A DNA stretch of 64,000 bases. Source: Macrostomum lignano. Lineage: Eukaryota. The translations under genes and the position numbers were made by a program. Numbering within the stretch: position 1 is the stretch's first letter; each line of letters begins with the position of its first letter. This document shows positions 1 through 16,082 of the stretch, piece by piece. The notes under the pieces were generated by a model, which saw only the letters and a list, made by a program, of their open reading frames with translations, was not told where the DNA came from and did not search any database. The DNA lies in the NCBI GenBank assembly GCA_002269645.1, contig NIVC01000936.1, forward strand, positions 124,001 to 188,000, given 5' to 3'.

Positions 1-560
1 CAGTAGCCTAAATATCGAACCGGAAGTGGAACTATAAACAATAACAGTAGCCTAAATATCGAACCGGAAGTGGAACTATCAACAATAACAGTAGCCTAAA
101 TATCGAACCGGAAGTGGAACTATCAACAATAACAGTAGCCTAAATATCGAACCGGAAGTGGAACTATCAACAATAACAGTAGCCTAAATATCGAACCGGA
201 AGTGGAACTATCAACAATAACAGTAGCCTAAATATCGAACCGGAAGCGGAACTATCAACAATAACAGTAGCCTAAATATCGAACCGGAAGTGGAATTATC
301 AACAATAACAGTAGCCTAAATATCGAACCGGAAGTGGAACTATCAACAATAACAGTAGCCTAAATATCGAACCGGAAGTGGAACTATCAACAATAACAGT
401 AGCCTAAATATCGAACCGGAAGTGGAATTATCAACAATAACAGTTGCCTAAATATCGAACCGGAAGTGGAATTATCAACAATAAGAGTAGCCTAAATATC
501 GAACCGGAAGTAAAATTATCAACAATAACAGTAGCTTAAATATCGAACCGGAAGTGGAAC
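1..560. repeat. 44-bp minisatellite (13 units) in a MAP3K4 intron
   Basis: Unit CAGTAGCCTAAATATCGAACCGGAAGTGGAACTATCAACAATAA. ACCGGAAG recurs every 44 bp from 19 to 547. Confidence 0.97.
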
Positions 561-581
561 AAACAATACACAGCTGCTTAC

Positions 582-986
582 CTGACCCTCCTCGCAGCGG
601 TCTTTAATAAAAGTCCAGTAAAGCTCGACCAGTTCCACAAAATGGGTGAACAGCTCAACCCGGTTAACTTCATCGGCGTAAAGGCGAACCAGCTCTTTGT
701 TGTACTCGAACGAAACTCGAAAGCCCTGGTGCAGGGCGTCCTGCGGCCAGATGTCGCCTTCGTCTTGCACCATGCGGCGTAGGCAGCCAAAAATGTCTTG
801 GCGCAACGAGTGGGCGCTTCGCTTGAGCTGCTGCATGTGCTGAAAGACGTCGTCGAAACAGCAGATGGCCTGGTCGCGCGGTACGATGAAGCCATTCAGC
901 TTGTTTTCCAGGATGCTGCTCAGTGCCTCGAGCTCGGAGCTGTTCGGGGAGATTAGCAAAATCTCTTTCTTCTTGTTCTTGGGCAC
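582..986 (-). CDS. MAP3K4: MAP3K4/MEKK4 exon 9 (gene continues beyond window start; kinase domain not in window)
   Basis: TAG|GTG acceptor at 986, CAG|GTAAGC donor at 582, 405 nt, phase 0/0. ALHQGFRVSFEYNKELVRL...FIKDRCEEG resembles recalled MEKK4 AMIQGYNFGFEYHKEVVRL...VLTKCESG. Confidence 0.88.
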
Positions 987-1144
987 CTAGATTAGTTGAG
1001 ATGGGTTCGGTGAGTCACTTCCTTGTTTTTAGTAAAGAAAGAAATCAGGTTGTTTGGGGACACACATTGATATTCTACTAGTCAGGGTCATTCAAGGTCA
1101 CAGTGAAGATCCTACCGCTGAGTCCCCACACAGAGGGTCACTCT

Positions 1145-1645
1145 TAGCAACCTAGCCAAGGTCATTTAGGGTCACTTTTGACACCCTAGCCAAGATCATT
1201 TAAGGTCACTTTTAACATGCTAGCCAAGGTCATTTAAGGTCACTTTTAACATGCTAGCCAAGGTCATTTAGGGTCACTTTTAACATGCTAGCCAAGGTCA
1301 TTTAGGGTCACTTTTGACATCCTAGACAAGGTCATTTAGGGTCACTTTTAACATGCTAGCCAAGGTCATTTAGGGTCACTTTTGACAGCCTAGCCAAGGT
1401 CATTTAAGGTCACTTTTGACATCCTAGCAAAGGTCACCTAAGGTCACTTTTGACATGCTAGCCAAGGTCATTTAGGGTCACTTTTGACAAACTAGCCAAG
1501 GTCATTTAGGGTCACTTTTGACATCCTAGCAAAGGTTATTTAGGGTCATTTTTGACATCCTAGCCAAGATCATTTACGGTTACTTTTGGCGTTCTAGCCA
1601 AGGTCATTTAGGGTCACTTTTGACATGCTAGCCAAGGTAATTTAG
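1145..1645. repeat. 34-bp minisatellite (intronic)
   Basis: Unit CTAGCCAAGGTCATTTAGGGTCACTTTTGACATG, period 34 (e.g. 1220, 1254). Confidence 0.95.
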
Positions 1646-1715
1646 TGTCACGGTTAATATTCTAGCGAATAATCCATTTAGGGTCATTAAAAAAGTTCAG
1701 AAGCTAGGGCCTCAC

Positions 1716-1956
1716 CCGAACACTCGCCAAGTTGAGTCTGTACTCGGCATCGGACGACTGAATGGTGACCTCTTCGCCTGTCCAGACCAAATTTTTGTCC
1801 AGAGTTTTGTCCACGGCAACCAGGGGACAGTTCACCGGCCAGTCTCTCTTCTGGTTGGAATTGAGGAAGTCGCTGAGCCTGAGAAATATTAGTACGTTTG
1901 GTGACATCATATGTCGATAAAAAGTGTACGTAGGAGAAGTAAAGGTTCTTAGTTTA
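1716..1956 (-). CDS. MAP3K4: MAP3K4 exon 8 (acceptor ambiguous, 1956 or 1947)
   Basis: Open frame, CGG|GTGAGG donor at 1716. A phase-2 acceptor matches the upstream AA|GTGAGA donor. Confidence 0.7.
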
Positions 1957-1994
1957 CTCAATAGAAACTAGTGTGAAAGATAGCATTTGTAAGG

Positions 1995-2172
1995 CTGTAC
2001 ATATGGGGAGGTGTACATTGGGAAGGTACACATTGGAAAGGTGCACATTGGGGAGGTGTACATTGGAAAGGTGCACATTGGGGAGGTGTACATTGGAAAG
2101 GTGCACATTGGGGAGGTGTACATTGGAAAGGTGCACATTATGGAGGTGTACATTGGGGAGGTTTATATTAAG
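1995..2172. repeat. 15-bp minisatellite with 30-bp dimer structure (intronic)
   Basis: GTACATTGGAAAGGT alternates with GCACATTGGGGAGGT. Confidence 0.93.
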
Positions 2173-2190
2173 GAGGTGAACTGTTCTCAC

Positions 2191-2492
2191 TTGATGGCGC
2201 TGTCCTTGTCTTTGTAAGCCTCCTTGGTGACAAAGAACAGACAGCGACATTTGCGTTTAGGAATAATCCGTATGAAAAACTTTTTCATTTGCATGAAAAG
2301 CTGGCGGCCGGGCGCGGAGCTCTCGTAGCTGTGCGCGATCTCCAGATCCTTCTTGAGGATGTACACGAAGCCCAGAGACTTCATGGCTCTCTCGCGGGCT
2401 TCGCCGGCGCTGGACTTCAGAGAGCGCAGCTGCTCAGCGTCCACTTCGAGGGGCGGATATTGATCGGACGAGAAGCGCAGCTTGAAACTGTC
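2191..2492 (-). CDS. MAP3K4: MAP3K4 exon 7
   Basis: CAG|GAC acceptor, AA|GTGAGA donor, 302 nt. EARERAMKSLGFVYILKKDLEIA matches recalled MEKK4 EARERASKALGFAKMLRKDLEIA. Confidence 0.92.
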
Positions 2493-2544
2493 CTGCAGCA
2501 TTCAGGTGGCGGGAGGGGGCCGGAGCCGCGTCATCAAAAACCCT

Positions 2545-2876
2545 CAAATTTCACTGAAAACTCCTCAATCCCACTGGAACCTCCCAAATCCCACTGAAAA
2601 CTCCCAAATCCTACTGGAACCTCCCAAATCCCACTGGAACCTCTCAAATCCCACTGGAAGATCCCAAATCCCCCTGGAAACTTCCAAATCCCACTGGAAA
2701 CTCCCAAATCCCACTGGAACCTCCCAAATCCCCCTGGAAACTCCCAAATCCCTATGGGAACTCCCAAATCCCCCTGGAAACTCCCAAATCCCACTGGAAG
2801 ATCCCAAATCCCTCTATAAAATTCCAAATCCCACTGAAAATTCGCAAATCCCACTGAAAACTCCCAAATCCCATTG
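2545..2876. repeat. 20-bp minisatellite (intronic)
   Basis: Unit CTCCCAAATCCCACTGGAAA and variants. Confidence 0.93.
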
Positions 2877-2895
2877 AGCACAATCAAATACTCAC

Positions 2896-3246
2896 CAAAA
2901 AGAACTCGCCCGTGCTCTGAAAAAAATGGGAATTGATTTTGCAGAAATGCCGCACCGCCAACTCCTGGCCAGTGGTGATGTAGGGCCCCAGATTCCTGAT
3001 AAAGGACCACTCGTTCTCCAGCACATTCTTGTACTCTTTGCTGGCGTCCGGTTGCTCCTTGAAGAATCTGAGCACCCACTGGTCGAGGAACTCGAAGTAA
3101 TGAATCAACAGGTTCCTGATATCCAGGTCCAGTGCGCTCAGTGAGTCCTGCATCAGCTTCTCCTTGTCGTTTGGCCTGAACGGCTGAGTTGGCGGCCCGA
3201 CCATCTCTAGGAAAAAGCGCTTCACCAGCACGGAGCCGCGCATCAC
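2896..3246 (-). CDS. MAP3K4: MAP3K4 exon 6
   Basis: CAG|GTG acceptor, TTG|GTGAGT donor, 351 nt. VLENEWSFIRNLGPYITTGQELAVRHFC resembles recalled MEKK4 LLEEEWNFTKEITHYIRGGEAQAGKLFC. Confidence 0.92.
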
Positions 3247-3299
3247 CTGCGCGAATATTAGGAGATGGGAAGAGGGATATTATATTGCCGATAATCCTT

Positions 3300-3857
3300 T
3301 CTTGGGATCAGAGGAGTCTAGGGGTGTCAAAAATTCCATTTTGGGATCAGAAGAGTCTAGGGGTGTCGAAAATCCCATTTTGGGATCAGAAGAGTCTAGG
3401 GTGTCAAAAATCCCATTTTGGGATCAGAAGGGACTAGGGGTGTCAAAAATCCCATTTTGGGATCTGAATGGTGTGGAGTTGTCAAAAATCCCTGTTTTTG
3501 TAATCAGAAAGGATTAGGGATGTCAAAAATCCCATTTTGGGATCTGAAGAGTCTAGGGGTGTCAAAAATCCCATTTTGGGATCTGAATGGTGTGGAGTTG
3601 TCAAAAATCCCTTTTTTGTAATCAGAAAGGATTAGGAATGTCAAAAATCCCATTTTTGTAATCAGAAAGGATTAGGAATGTCAAAAATCCCATTTTGGGA
3701 TCTGAAGGGTCTGGAGGTGTCAAAAATCCCATTTTGGGATCTGAATGGTGTGGAGGTATCAAAAATCCTGCTTTGGGATCTGAAGGGTCTGGAGGTGTCA
3801 AAAATCCTACTTTGGGATCTGAAGGGTCTGGAGGTGTCAAAAACCCCATTCTGAGAT
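3300..3857. repeat. 39-bp minisatellite (intronic)
   Basis: Unit GTCAAAAATCCCATTTTGGGATCAGAAGAGTCTAGGGGT, with internal inverted repeat ATCCCA/TGGGAT. Confidence 0.95.
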
Positions 3858-3895
3858 CTGGACACGACAAGTGGCAAAAATGCTATTTCAAGCAC

Positions 3896-4969
3896 CTCTT
3901 TAGATTCCCTAACAATGGAGCCCAGAGAAGTGAGGCTCAGAGAGGTCGGATCCATCTTCTGCTCCATCTGCAGCTTGATGCACTCGTGCATCACGTCAAT
4001 GGGCAGTTTGCACAGGCTGACGTAGTGCGGCAGCAGGGACGGCAGGCCGATTTCGGAGGCCAGCTGGGACTCCATGCTGAACTGGGAGGCCACCGCGGCC
4101 GCTTCGTTGTCATTTTGCATTGCCAGCAGCGACGGCGTGTGCGGCAGGGCGCGGCGCCGGCCCGACACGGTCTCGGCGTAGCCGGCGGGCCCCACGGCCG
4201 GGCTGAGGGCCTGCCTGGCGCACACCAGGGTTGGCCGGATCAGCTTCTGCAGTTGGCCGAGCATGGCCGACACGCCGCGGCCGAGCGAGCGCAGATTCCG
4301 CTCGGTGTAGGGCCGGTACATCCGGTAGAGCGACTGCGACCGGGACACGCCCGGCGACTGCAACGACGCTCTGGTAGCGCCGCCGACGGCGCCTTCCGAT
4401 GCTGCTGCTGTCGCTGCCGAAGGCGTGGCCAAAGCCGTCGCTCCGGCGACACCGTTGCCGATTTCCTCGTCCTCGTCGTCCTCGTCGTACACGGCCAGCG
4501 GGGCCGGGGCTACCGGCGGCTCCTCGGTGCCATCGGCGTCGAACTCGAACAGCGGCACAGTCGGCCGGTTCGCATTCGTCCCGTTGGTGTCGTCGTCGAC
4601 GCTGCCGCCGTCTCCTGCGCCGGTGGCGGCCGACGACGTCGCACCGGTGTCGTGATCGACTCCGTTGGTGCCGTTGGCTCCGGTTGAGAAAAGAACGCGC
4701 GGCGACTCCGGCCGGGGACTCGACGATTCCGCCGCTGCCAGCGTCGCCGTCTGCCGCAGCCGGGAATCGTCAACGACGCCGGCAGGGGCTGTCGACAGGA
4801 CCGGACGGGGCCGACCGACGCCTGCGGAGACTGGCGAAGGGGTCGCGGAGGAGCTCGGCACGGCCGGCGGGATGGAGACGTTCAGCGGCGAGGCCGTGTT
4901 GCTGCGAGCGCCGCCGCGACCGATGCCGACGCCGGCGACGCTCAGGTTGGCATCAGAGCACATGGAGAT
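3896..4969 (-). CDS. MAP3K4: MAP3K4 exon 5
   Basis: CAG|ATC acceptor, GAG|GTGCTT donor, 1074 nt. [14 protein letters not shown] and [12 protein letters not shown]...IVRESKE match recalled MEKK4 IYRPFVDKALKQMG and VIHECLKLRLEQ...LVRECKE. Confidence 0.9.
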
Positions 4970-4997
4970 CTGCGAGCGGGGTGCAAAGCCAACTTGG

Positions 4998-6245
4998 CTA
5001 CTGGATTGGCCAGATAAGCTACTGAATTGGCCAGATAAGCTACTGAATTGGCCAGATAAGCTACTGAATTGGCCAGATAAGCTACTGAATTGGCCAGATA
5101 AGCTACTGGATTGGCCAGATAAGCTACTGAATTGGCCAGATAAGCTACTGGATTGGCCAGATAAGCTACTGAATTGGCCAGATAAGCTACTGGATTGGCC
5201 AGATAAGCTACTGAATTGGCCAGATAAGCTACTGGATTGGCCAGATAAGCTACTGAATTGGCCAGATAAGCTACTGGATTGGCCAGATAAGCTACTGAAT
5301 TGGCCAGATAAGCTACTGAATTGGCCAGATAAGCTACTGGATTGGCCAGATAAGCTACTGAATTGGCCAGATAAGCTACTGGATTGGCCAGATAAGCTAC
5401 TGAATTGGCCAGATAAGCTACTGAATTGGCCAGATAAGCTACTGAATTGGCCAGATAAGCTACTGAATTGGCCAGATAAGCTACTGAATTGGCCAGATAA
5501 GCTACTGAATTGGCCAGATAAGCTACTGAATTGGCCAGATAAGCTACTGAATTGGCCAGATAAGCTACTGAATTGGCCAGATAAGCTACTGGATTGGCCA
5601 GATAAGCTACTGAATTGGCCAGATAAGCTACTGAATTGGCCAGATAAGCTACTGAATTGGCCAGATAAGCTACTGAATTGGCCAGATAAGCTACTGAATT
5701 GGCCAGATAAGCTACTGAATTGGCCAGATAAGCTACTGAATTGGCCAGATAAGCTACTGTATTGGCCAGATAAGCTACTGAATTGGCCAGATAAGCTACT
5801 GAATTGGCCAGATAAGCTACTGAATTGGCCAGATAAGCTACTGAATTGGCCAGATAAGCTACTGGATTGGCCAGATAAGCTACTGAATTGGCCAGATAAG
5901 CTACTGGATTGGCCAGATAAGCTACTGAATTGGCCAGATAAGCTACTGAATTGGCCAGATAAGCTACTGAATTGGCCAGATAAGCTACTGAATTGGCCAG
6001 ATAAGCTACTGAATTGGCCAGATAAGCTACTGAATTGGCCAGATAAGCTACTGAATTGGCCAGATAAGCTACTGAATTGGCCAGATAAGCTACTGAATTG
6101 GCCAGATAAGCTACTGAATTGGCCAGATAAGCTACTGAATTGGCCAGATAAGCTACTGAATTGGCCAGATAAGCTACTGAATTGGCCAGATAAGCTACTG
6201 GATTGGCCAGATAAGCTACTGAATTGGCCAGATAAGCTACTGAAT
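4998..6245. repeat. 21-bp minisatellite (about 59 units, intronic)
   Basis: Unit CTACTGAATTGGCCAGATAAG. It gives rise to the spurious NWPDKLL ORF. Confidence 0.98.
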
Positions 6246-6747
6246 AACCTGCCTATACTCAGCCTAAAACTCTAGTACAACCCTGCATAGGGAATTTTTT
6301 GTCTATTTTGGTTACATTGTGTCACAATTTTGACCATAGCAACTAGGCAGCGATATAATTACAGATCTATCAAATGACATGAAAATTTCGAATGCTTAAC
6401 TTCAAAGCTAGCAGCAATCAGTTTGCTATAGTATGTGATTTTAGGTCTAAAATGAGGTTAAAGGGTTCAACTGGCTTTGAGAGAAAGATTCTGCAACATC
6501 AGCAACAGAAGCAACTAACTTTGCACACAGTGCGGGATCAATAGTATATAAAAAGGAGGCAGAGTTCCTCTTTTAACACAGCCCAGGGCACCAAACTAAT
6601 TTGAAATCTGATACTGAAATTCCACCGAGGGAAGAGAGGGGAGATCCAGAGAAAGAGTTGATCATTATATTCCCTAGGGATTATTCAATTTAATTTTCAC
6701 TTGTTTTAATTCACCCTACTATGAGTAATATTCTAGCGCATGAATCG

Positions 6748-9853
<3,106 letters not shown>

Positions 9854-9914
9854 ACATGGATAAAAACGGGACGGATTGCTCAATCTGTATTGATTTAATG
9901 ATGAAAAATCTCAC

Positions 9915-10343
9915 CAGCTCAGAAGTCCGCCTCCTGCTATTTAGCCTGAGATTGAGCACGGACTCAACAGCCAAGGCAACGGTGGCCGCCCCCTCAGACA
10001 GCTGCCTGCTGTACTCGAGCTCCGCACCGTAGGACTTGATCTCGGCGAACAGGCTGTTAGTCAAATTGCGCTGCGGCTGCTGGCCGAAGCCACCGGTGTG
10101 TCCGGCACTGCCCGAGCTGGACAGGAGCCGCTGCTCCCGCCTGGACGGCAGGTTGGCATTCAGAAGCAGAGTGAAATTTTCGCAGAAATCTTGGCGCTCC
10201 TGATCGCAGGCCACTTCACGACGAAGTGTCCGAGTGACGGACGCGTTGCAGGCCTGGGCTGAGCCCGGCGGGGCGTCCGGACGGCCGACAAGAAGCGGCT
10301 GCGGCTGCTGCTGCTGCGGCGGTTGCTGCCGCTGCAGAAGAGT
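9915..10343 (-). CDS. MAP3K4: MAP3K4 exon 3 (acceptor 10343 or 10331)
   Basis: TAG|ACT acceptor, CTG|GTGAGA donor, 429 nt. [17 protein letters not shown] resembles recalled MEKK4 DCPADRLKFFETLRLLL. Confidence 0.8.
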
Positions 10344-10391
10344 CTACAAATTCGGGCAAATCTAAGCTATTCATTACTGCTGTTGCTAAGG

Positions 10392-11480
10392 TTTGTTAGC
10401 CTGTTGGAACTGTGTATACATGTATTGTTCCTACTTCCGGTCTGGTGAGTAGCCTGTTAGAACTGTGTATACATGTATTGTTCCTACTTCCGGTCTACTG
10501 AGTAGCCTGTTAGAACTGTGTATACATGTATTGTTCCTACTTCCGGTCTGGTGAGTAGCCTGTTGGAACTGTGTATACATGTATTGTTCCTACTTCCGGT
10601 CTGGTGAGTAGCCTGTTGGAACTGTGTATACATGTATTGTTCCTACTTCCGGTCTGGTGAGTAGCCTGTTGGAACTGTGTATACATGTATTGTTCCTACT
10701 TCCGGTCTGGTGAGTAGCCTGTTGGAACTGTGTATACATGTATTGTTCCTACTTCCGGTCTGGTGAGTAGCCTGTTGGAACTGTGTATACATGTATTGTT
10801 CCTACTTCCGGTCTGGTGAGTAGCCTGTTGGAACTGTGTATACATGTATTGTTCCTACTTCCGGTCTACTGAGTAGCCTCTTGGAACATGAACTGTGTAT
10901 ACATGTATTGTTCCTACTTCCGGTCTACTGAGTAGCCTCTTGGAACTGTGTATATTGCTCCCACTTCCGGTTCTTTGAGTAGACTGTTGGAACTGTGCAT
11001 ATTGCTCCCACTTCCGGTTCTCTGAGTAGACTGTTGGAAATGTGCATATTGCTACCACTTCCGGTTCTCTGAGTAGACTGTTGGAAATGTGCATATTGCT
11101 CCCACTTCTGGTTCTCTGAGTAGACTGTTGGAAATGTGCATATTACTCCCACTTCCGGTTCTCTGAGTAGACTGTTGGAAATGTGCATATTGCTCCCACT
11201 TTCGGTTCTCTGAGTAGACTGTTGGAACTGTGCATATTGCTCCCACTTCTGGTTCTCTGAGTAGACTGTTGGAAATGTGCATATTACTCCCACTTCCGGT
11301 TCTCTGAGTAGACTGTTGGAACTGTGCATATTGCTCCCACTTCCGGTTCTCTGAGTAGACTGTTGGAACTGTGCATATTGCTACCACTTACGGTTCTCTG
11401 AGTAGACTGTTGGAAATGTGCATATTGCTACCACTTACGGTTCTCTGAGTAGACTGTTGGAAATGTGCATATTGCTACCA
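10392..11480. repeat. Adjacent related 53-bp (about 10392-10935) and 47-bp (about 10936-11480) minisatellites
   Basis: Units GTGAGTAGCCTGTTGGAACTGTGTATACATGTATTGTTCCTACTTCCGGTCTG and TGAGTAGACTGTTGGAACTGTGCATATTGCTCCCACTTCCGGTTCTC. Confidence 0.96.
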
Positions 11481-12002
11481 CTATTTACAGACTACTGGAA
11501 TTTGCGACTATAACTTTTAGTCGTTAGATTCTCCTTTGTTATGAAGCATTTTTGAAACAGGATACTTTTTTTAACGCCAGTCATGACTAATTAAAAACTG
11601 AGCTGTCAAACAACGATCAATGTGACCATTTAGCACCTTAAACACCTATTTATGCAATTTGAGTATAAATTCTTTTTAGTTTTAATTGTCATGTTGGTCA
11701 ACCATAAATCGCCTAAGATAGTTACTATGCTGTGACAAGCTAAACAACGTGACATTTTAAATCTTTATTCGCCTACTTTTCTCAGTAGTTTAAATTAGAT
11801 CTCCGGCCCGCAGGACCCATACGGCCGTCAAAGCCTCTCTATTCGGCCCTGGGGTCCTTTGAAACTTCCCAACAGCTCGTAGCAATCTATTCTCACTTCT
11901 CATTGCTCTCCTCTCTCCTCGCCAATCCCTTCCCTCCTCTCTCCTCTCCCTCTCTTCTCTTTTCTCCTCTCTCTTTATCTCTCCTCGCCTCTAATGATTG
12001 GA

Positions 12003-13915
12003 AATGAGATGCCTATGCTCAAATGGGGTTGCTATGGAGATGCCTTTGCTCAAATGGGGTTGCTATGGAGATGGCTATGCTCAAATGGGGTTGCTATGGA
12101 GATGGCTATGCTCAAATGGGGTTGCTATGGAGATGGCTATGCTCAAATGGGGTTGCTATGGAGATGCCTATGCTCAAATGGGGTTGCTATGGAGATGCCT
12201 ATGCTCAAATGGGGTTGCTATGGAGATGCCTATGCTCAAATGGGGTTGCTAATGAGATGCCTATGCTCAAATGGGGTTGCTATGGAGATGCCTATGCTCA
12301 AATGGTGTTGCTATGGAGATGCCTATGCTCAAATGGGGTTGCTATGGAGATGCCTATGCTCAAATGGGGTTGCCTAAGCTCAAATTGGGTTTCTCATGAG
12401 ATGCTAATGAGATGCCTATGCTCAAATGAGGTTGTTGCTAATGAGATGCCTATGCTCAAATAGGGTTGTTGCTAATGAGATGCCTATGCTCAAATGGGGT
12501 TGCTATGGAGATGGCTATGCTCAAATGGGGTTGCTATGGAGATGCCTATGCTTAAATGGGGTTGCTAATGAGATGCCTATGCTCAAATGGGGTTGCTAAT
12601 GAGATGCCTATGCTCAAATGGGGTTGCTAATGAGATGCCTATGCTCAAATGGGGTTGCTATGGAGATGCCTATGCTCAAATGGGGTTGCTATGGAGATGC
12701 CTATGCTCAAATGGGGTTGCTATGGAGATGGCTATGCTCAAATGGGGTTGCTATGGAGATGGCTATGCTCAAATGGGGTTGCTATGGAGATGGCTATGCT
12801 CAAATGGGGTTGCTATGGAGATGCCGATGCTTAAATGGGGTTGCTATGGCGATGCCTATGCTCAAATGGGGTTGCTATGGAGATGCCTATGCTCAAATGG
12901 GGTTGCTATGGAGATGCCTATGCTCAAATGGGGTTACTATGGAGATGCCTATGCTCAAATGGTGTTGCTATGGAGATGCCTATGCTCAAATGGGGTTGCT
13001 ATGGAGATGCCTATGCTCAAATGGGGTTGCCTAAGCTCAAATTGGGTTTCTCATGAGATGCTAATGAGATGCCTATGCTCAAATGAGGTTGTTGCTAATG
13101 AGATGCCTATGCTCAAATAGGGTTGTTGCTAATGAGATGCCTATGCTCAAATGGGGTTGCTATGGAGATGCCTATGCTTAAATTGGGTTGCTAATGAGAT
13201 GCCTATGCTCAAATGGGGTTGCTAATGAGATGCCTATGCTCAAATGGGGTTGCTAATGAAATGCCTATGCACAAATGGGGTTGCTATGGAGATGCCTATG
13301 CTCAAATAGGGTTGCAATGGAGATGCCTATGCTCAAATGGGGTTGCTATGGAGATGCCTATGCTCAAATGGTGTTGCTATGGAGATGCCTATGCTCAAAT
13401 GGGGTTGCTAATGAGATGCCTATGCACAAATGGTGTTGCTATGGAGATGCCTATGCTCAAATGGTGTTGCTATGGAGATGCCTATGCTCAAATGGGGTTG
13501 CTAATGAGATGCCTATGCACAAATGGTGTTGCTATGGAGATGCCTATGCTCAAATGGTGTTGCTATGGAGATGCCTATGCTCAAATGGGGTTGCTAATGG
13601 AGATGCCTATGCTCAAATGGTGTTGCTATGGAGATGCCTATGCTCAAATGGGGTTGCTATGGAGATGCCTATGCTCAAATGGGGTTGCCTAAGCTCAAAT
13701 TGGGTTTCTCATGAGATGCTAATGAGATGCCTATGCTCAAATGAGGTTGTTGCTAATGAGATGCCTATGCTCAAATAGGGTTGTTGCTAATGAGATGCCT
13801 ATGCTCAAATGGGGTTGCTATGGAGATGCCTATGCTTAAATTGGGTTGCTAATGAGATGCCTATGCTCAAATGGGGTTGCTAATGAGATGCCTATGCTCA
13901 AATGGGGTTGCTATG
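12003..13915. repeat. 31-bp minisatellite (intronic), preceded by a CT-rich tract at 11890-11990
   Basis: Unit ATGGAGATGCCTATGCTCAAATGGGGTTGCT. Confidence 0.97.
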
Positions 13916-13919
13916 TTTA

Positions 13920-14326
<407 letters not shown>

Positions 14327-14364
14327 CTGTGCAGTTCGAACGGCGGGTGACCAGTCATGGGATA

Positions 14365-16005
14365 TAGATTCTCAATAGAAACCTCACATATGAGATTATC
14401 AACCAAATCTCACCCCTGAGATTCTCAATAGAAACCTCACATATGAGATTATCAACCAAATCTCACCCCTGAGATTCTCAATAGAAACCTCACATATGAG
14501 ATTCTCAACCAAATCTCACCCCTGAGATTCTCAATAGAAACCTCACATATGAGATTATCAACCAAATCTCACCCCTGAGATTCTCAATAGAAAACTCACA
14601 TATGAGATTATCAACCAAATCTCACCCCTGAGATTCTCAATAGAAACCTCACATATGAGATTATCAACCAAATCTCACCCCTGAGATTCTCAATAGAAAC
14701 CTCACATATGAGATTCTCAACCAAATCTCACCCCTGAGATTCTCAATAGAAACCTCACATATGAGATTCTCAACCAAATCTCACCCCTGAGATTCTCAAT
14801 AGAAACCTCATATATGAGATTCACAACCAATTCTCGCCAGTGAGATACTTATCCAAATCTCACCCCTAAGATACTCAACCAAATCTCGCCAGTGAGATAC
14901 TTATCCAAATCTCACCCCTAAGATACTCAACCAAATCTCGGCAGTGAGATACTTATCCAAATCTCACCCCTAAGATACTCAACCAAATCTCGCCAGTGAG
15001 ATACTTATCCAAATCTCACCCCTAAGATACTCAACCAAATCTCGGCAGTGAGATACTTATCCAAATCTCACCCCTAAGATACTCAACCAAATCTCAAGAT
15101 ACTTATCCAAATCTCACACCTAAGATACTCAACCAAATCTCGCCAGTGAGATACTTATCCAAATCTCACCCCTAAGATACTCAACCAAATCTCAAGATAC
15201 TTATCCAAATCTCACACCTAAGATACTCAACCAAATCTCGCCAGTGAGATACTTATCCAAATCTCACCCCTAAGATACTCAACTAAATCTCGCCAGTGAG
15301 ATACTTATCCAAATCTCACCCCTAAGATACTCAACCAAATCTCGGCAGTGAGATACTTATCCAAATCTCACCCCTAAGATACTCAACCAAATCTCAAGAT
15401 ACTTATCCAAATCTCACACCTAAGATACTCAACCAAATCTCGCCAGTGAGATACTTATCCAAATCTCACCCCTAAGATACTCAACTAAATCTCGCCAGTG
15501 AGATACTTATCCAAATCTCACCCCTAAGATACTCAACCAAATCTCAAGATACTTATCCAAATCTCACACCTAAGATACTCAACCAAATCTCGCCAGTGAG
15601 ATACTTATCCAAATCTCACCCCTAAGATACTCAACTAAGTCTCGCCAGTGAGATACTTATCCAAATCTCACCCCTAAGATACTCAACCAAATCTCGGCAG
15701 TGAGATACTTATCCAAATCTCACCCCTAAGATACTCAACCAAATCTCAAGATACTTATCCAAATCTCACACCTAAGATACTCAACCAAATCTCACCCCTG
15801 AGATACTCATCCAAATCTCACCATTGAGATTCTCAACTAAATCTCACCTCTGAGATACTCAACCAACTCTCACCCCTAAGATTTCGTAACTAAATCTCAC
15901 CCCTGAGATTCTCAACCAAATCTCACCCCTGAGATTCTCAACTAAATCTCACCCATGAGATACCCAATCAAATCTCACCCCTAAGATACTCACCAAAATC
16001 AGCAC
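14365..16005. repeat. 26/27-bp minisatellite arranged as 53-bp higher-order dimers (intronic)
   Basis: Left block GAGATTCTCAATAGAAACCTCACATAT+GAGATTATCAACCAAATCTCACCCCT. Right block GAGATACTTATCCAAATCTCACCCCT+AAGATACTCAACCAAATCTCGCCAGT. Confidence 0.95.
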
Positions 16006-16082
16006 ACCTGAAACACAAAATCTCACCCCCCGGAAAACAAGCTAACAATAGCTGCCACATCACCCAAGCAGCGCAGCCTCAC

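Noticed and set aside
4665-6275. 536-aa ORF with (NWPDKLL)n
   Set aside because: It is the translation of a 21-bp intronic minisatellite, antisense to MAP3K4. The unit length is a multiple of 3 with no stop, so it stays open by chance.
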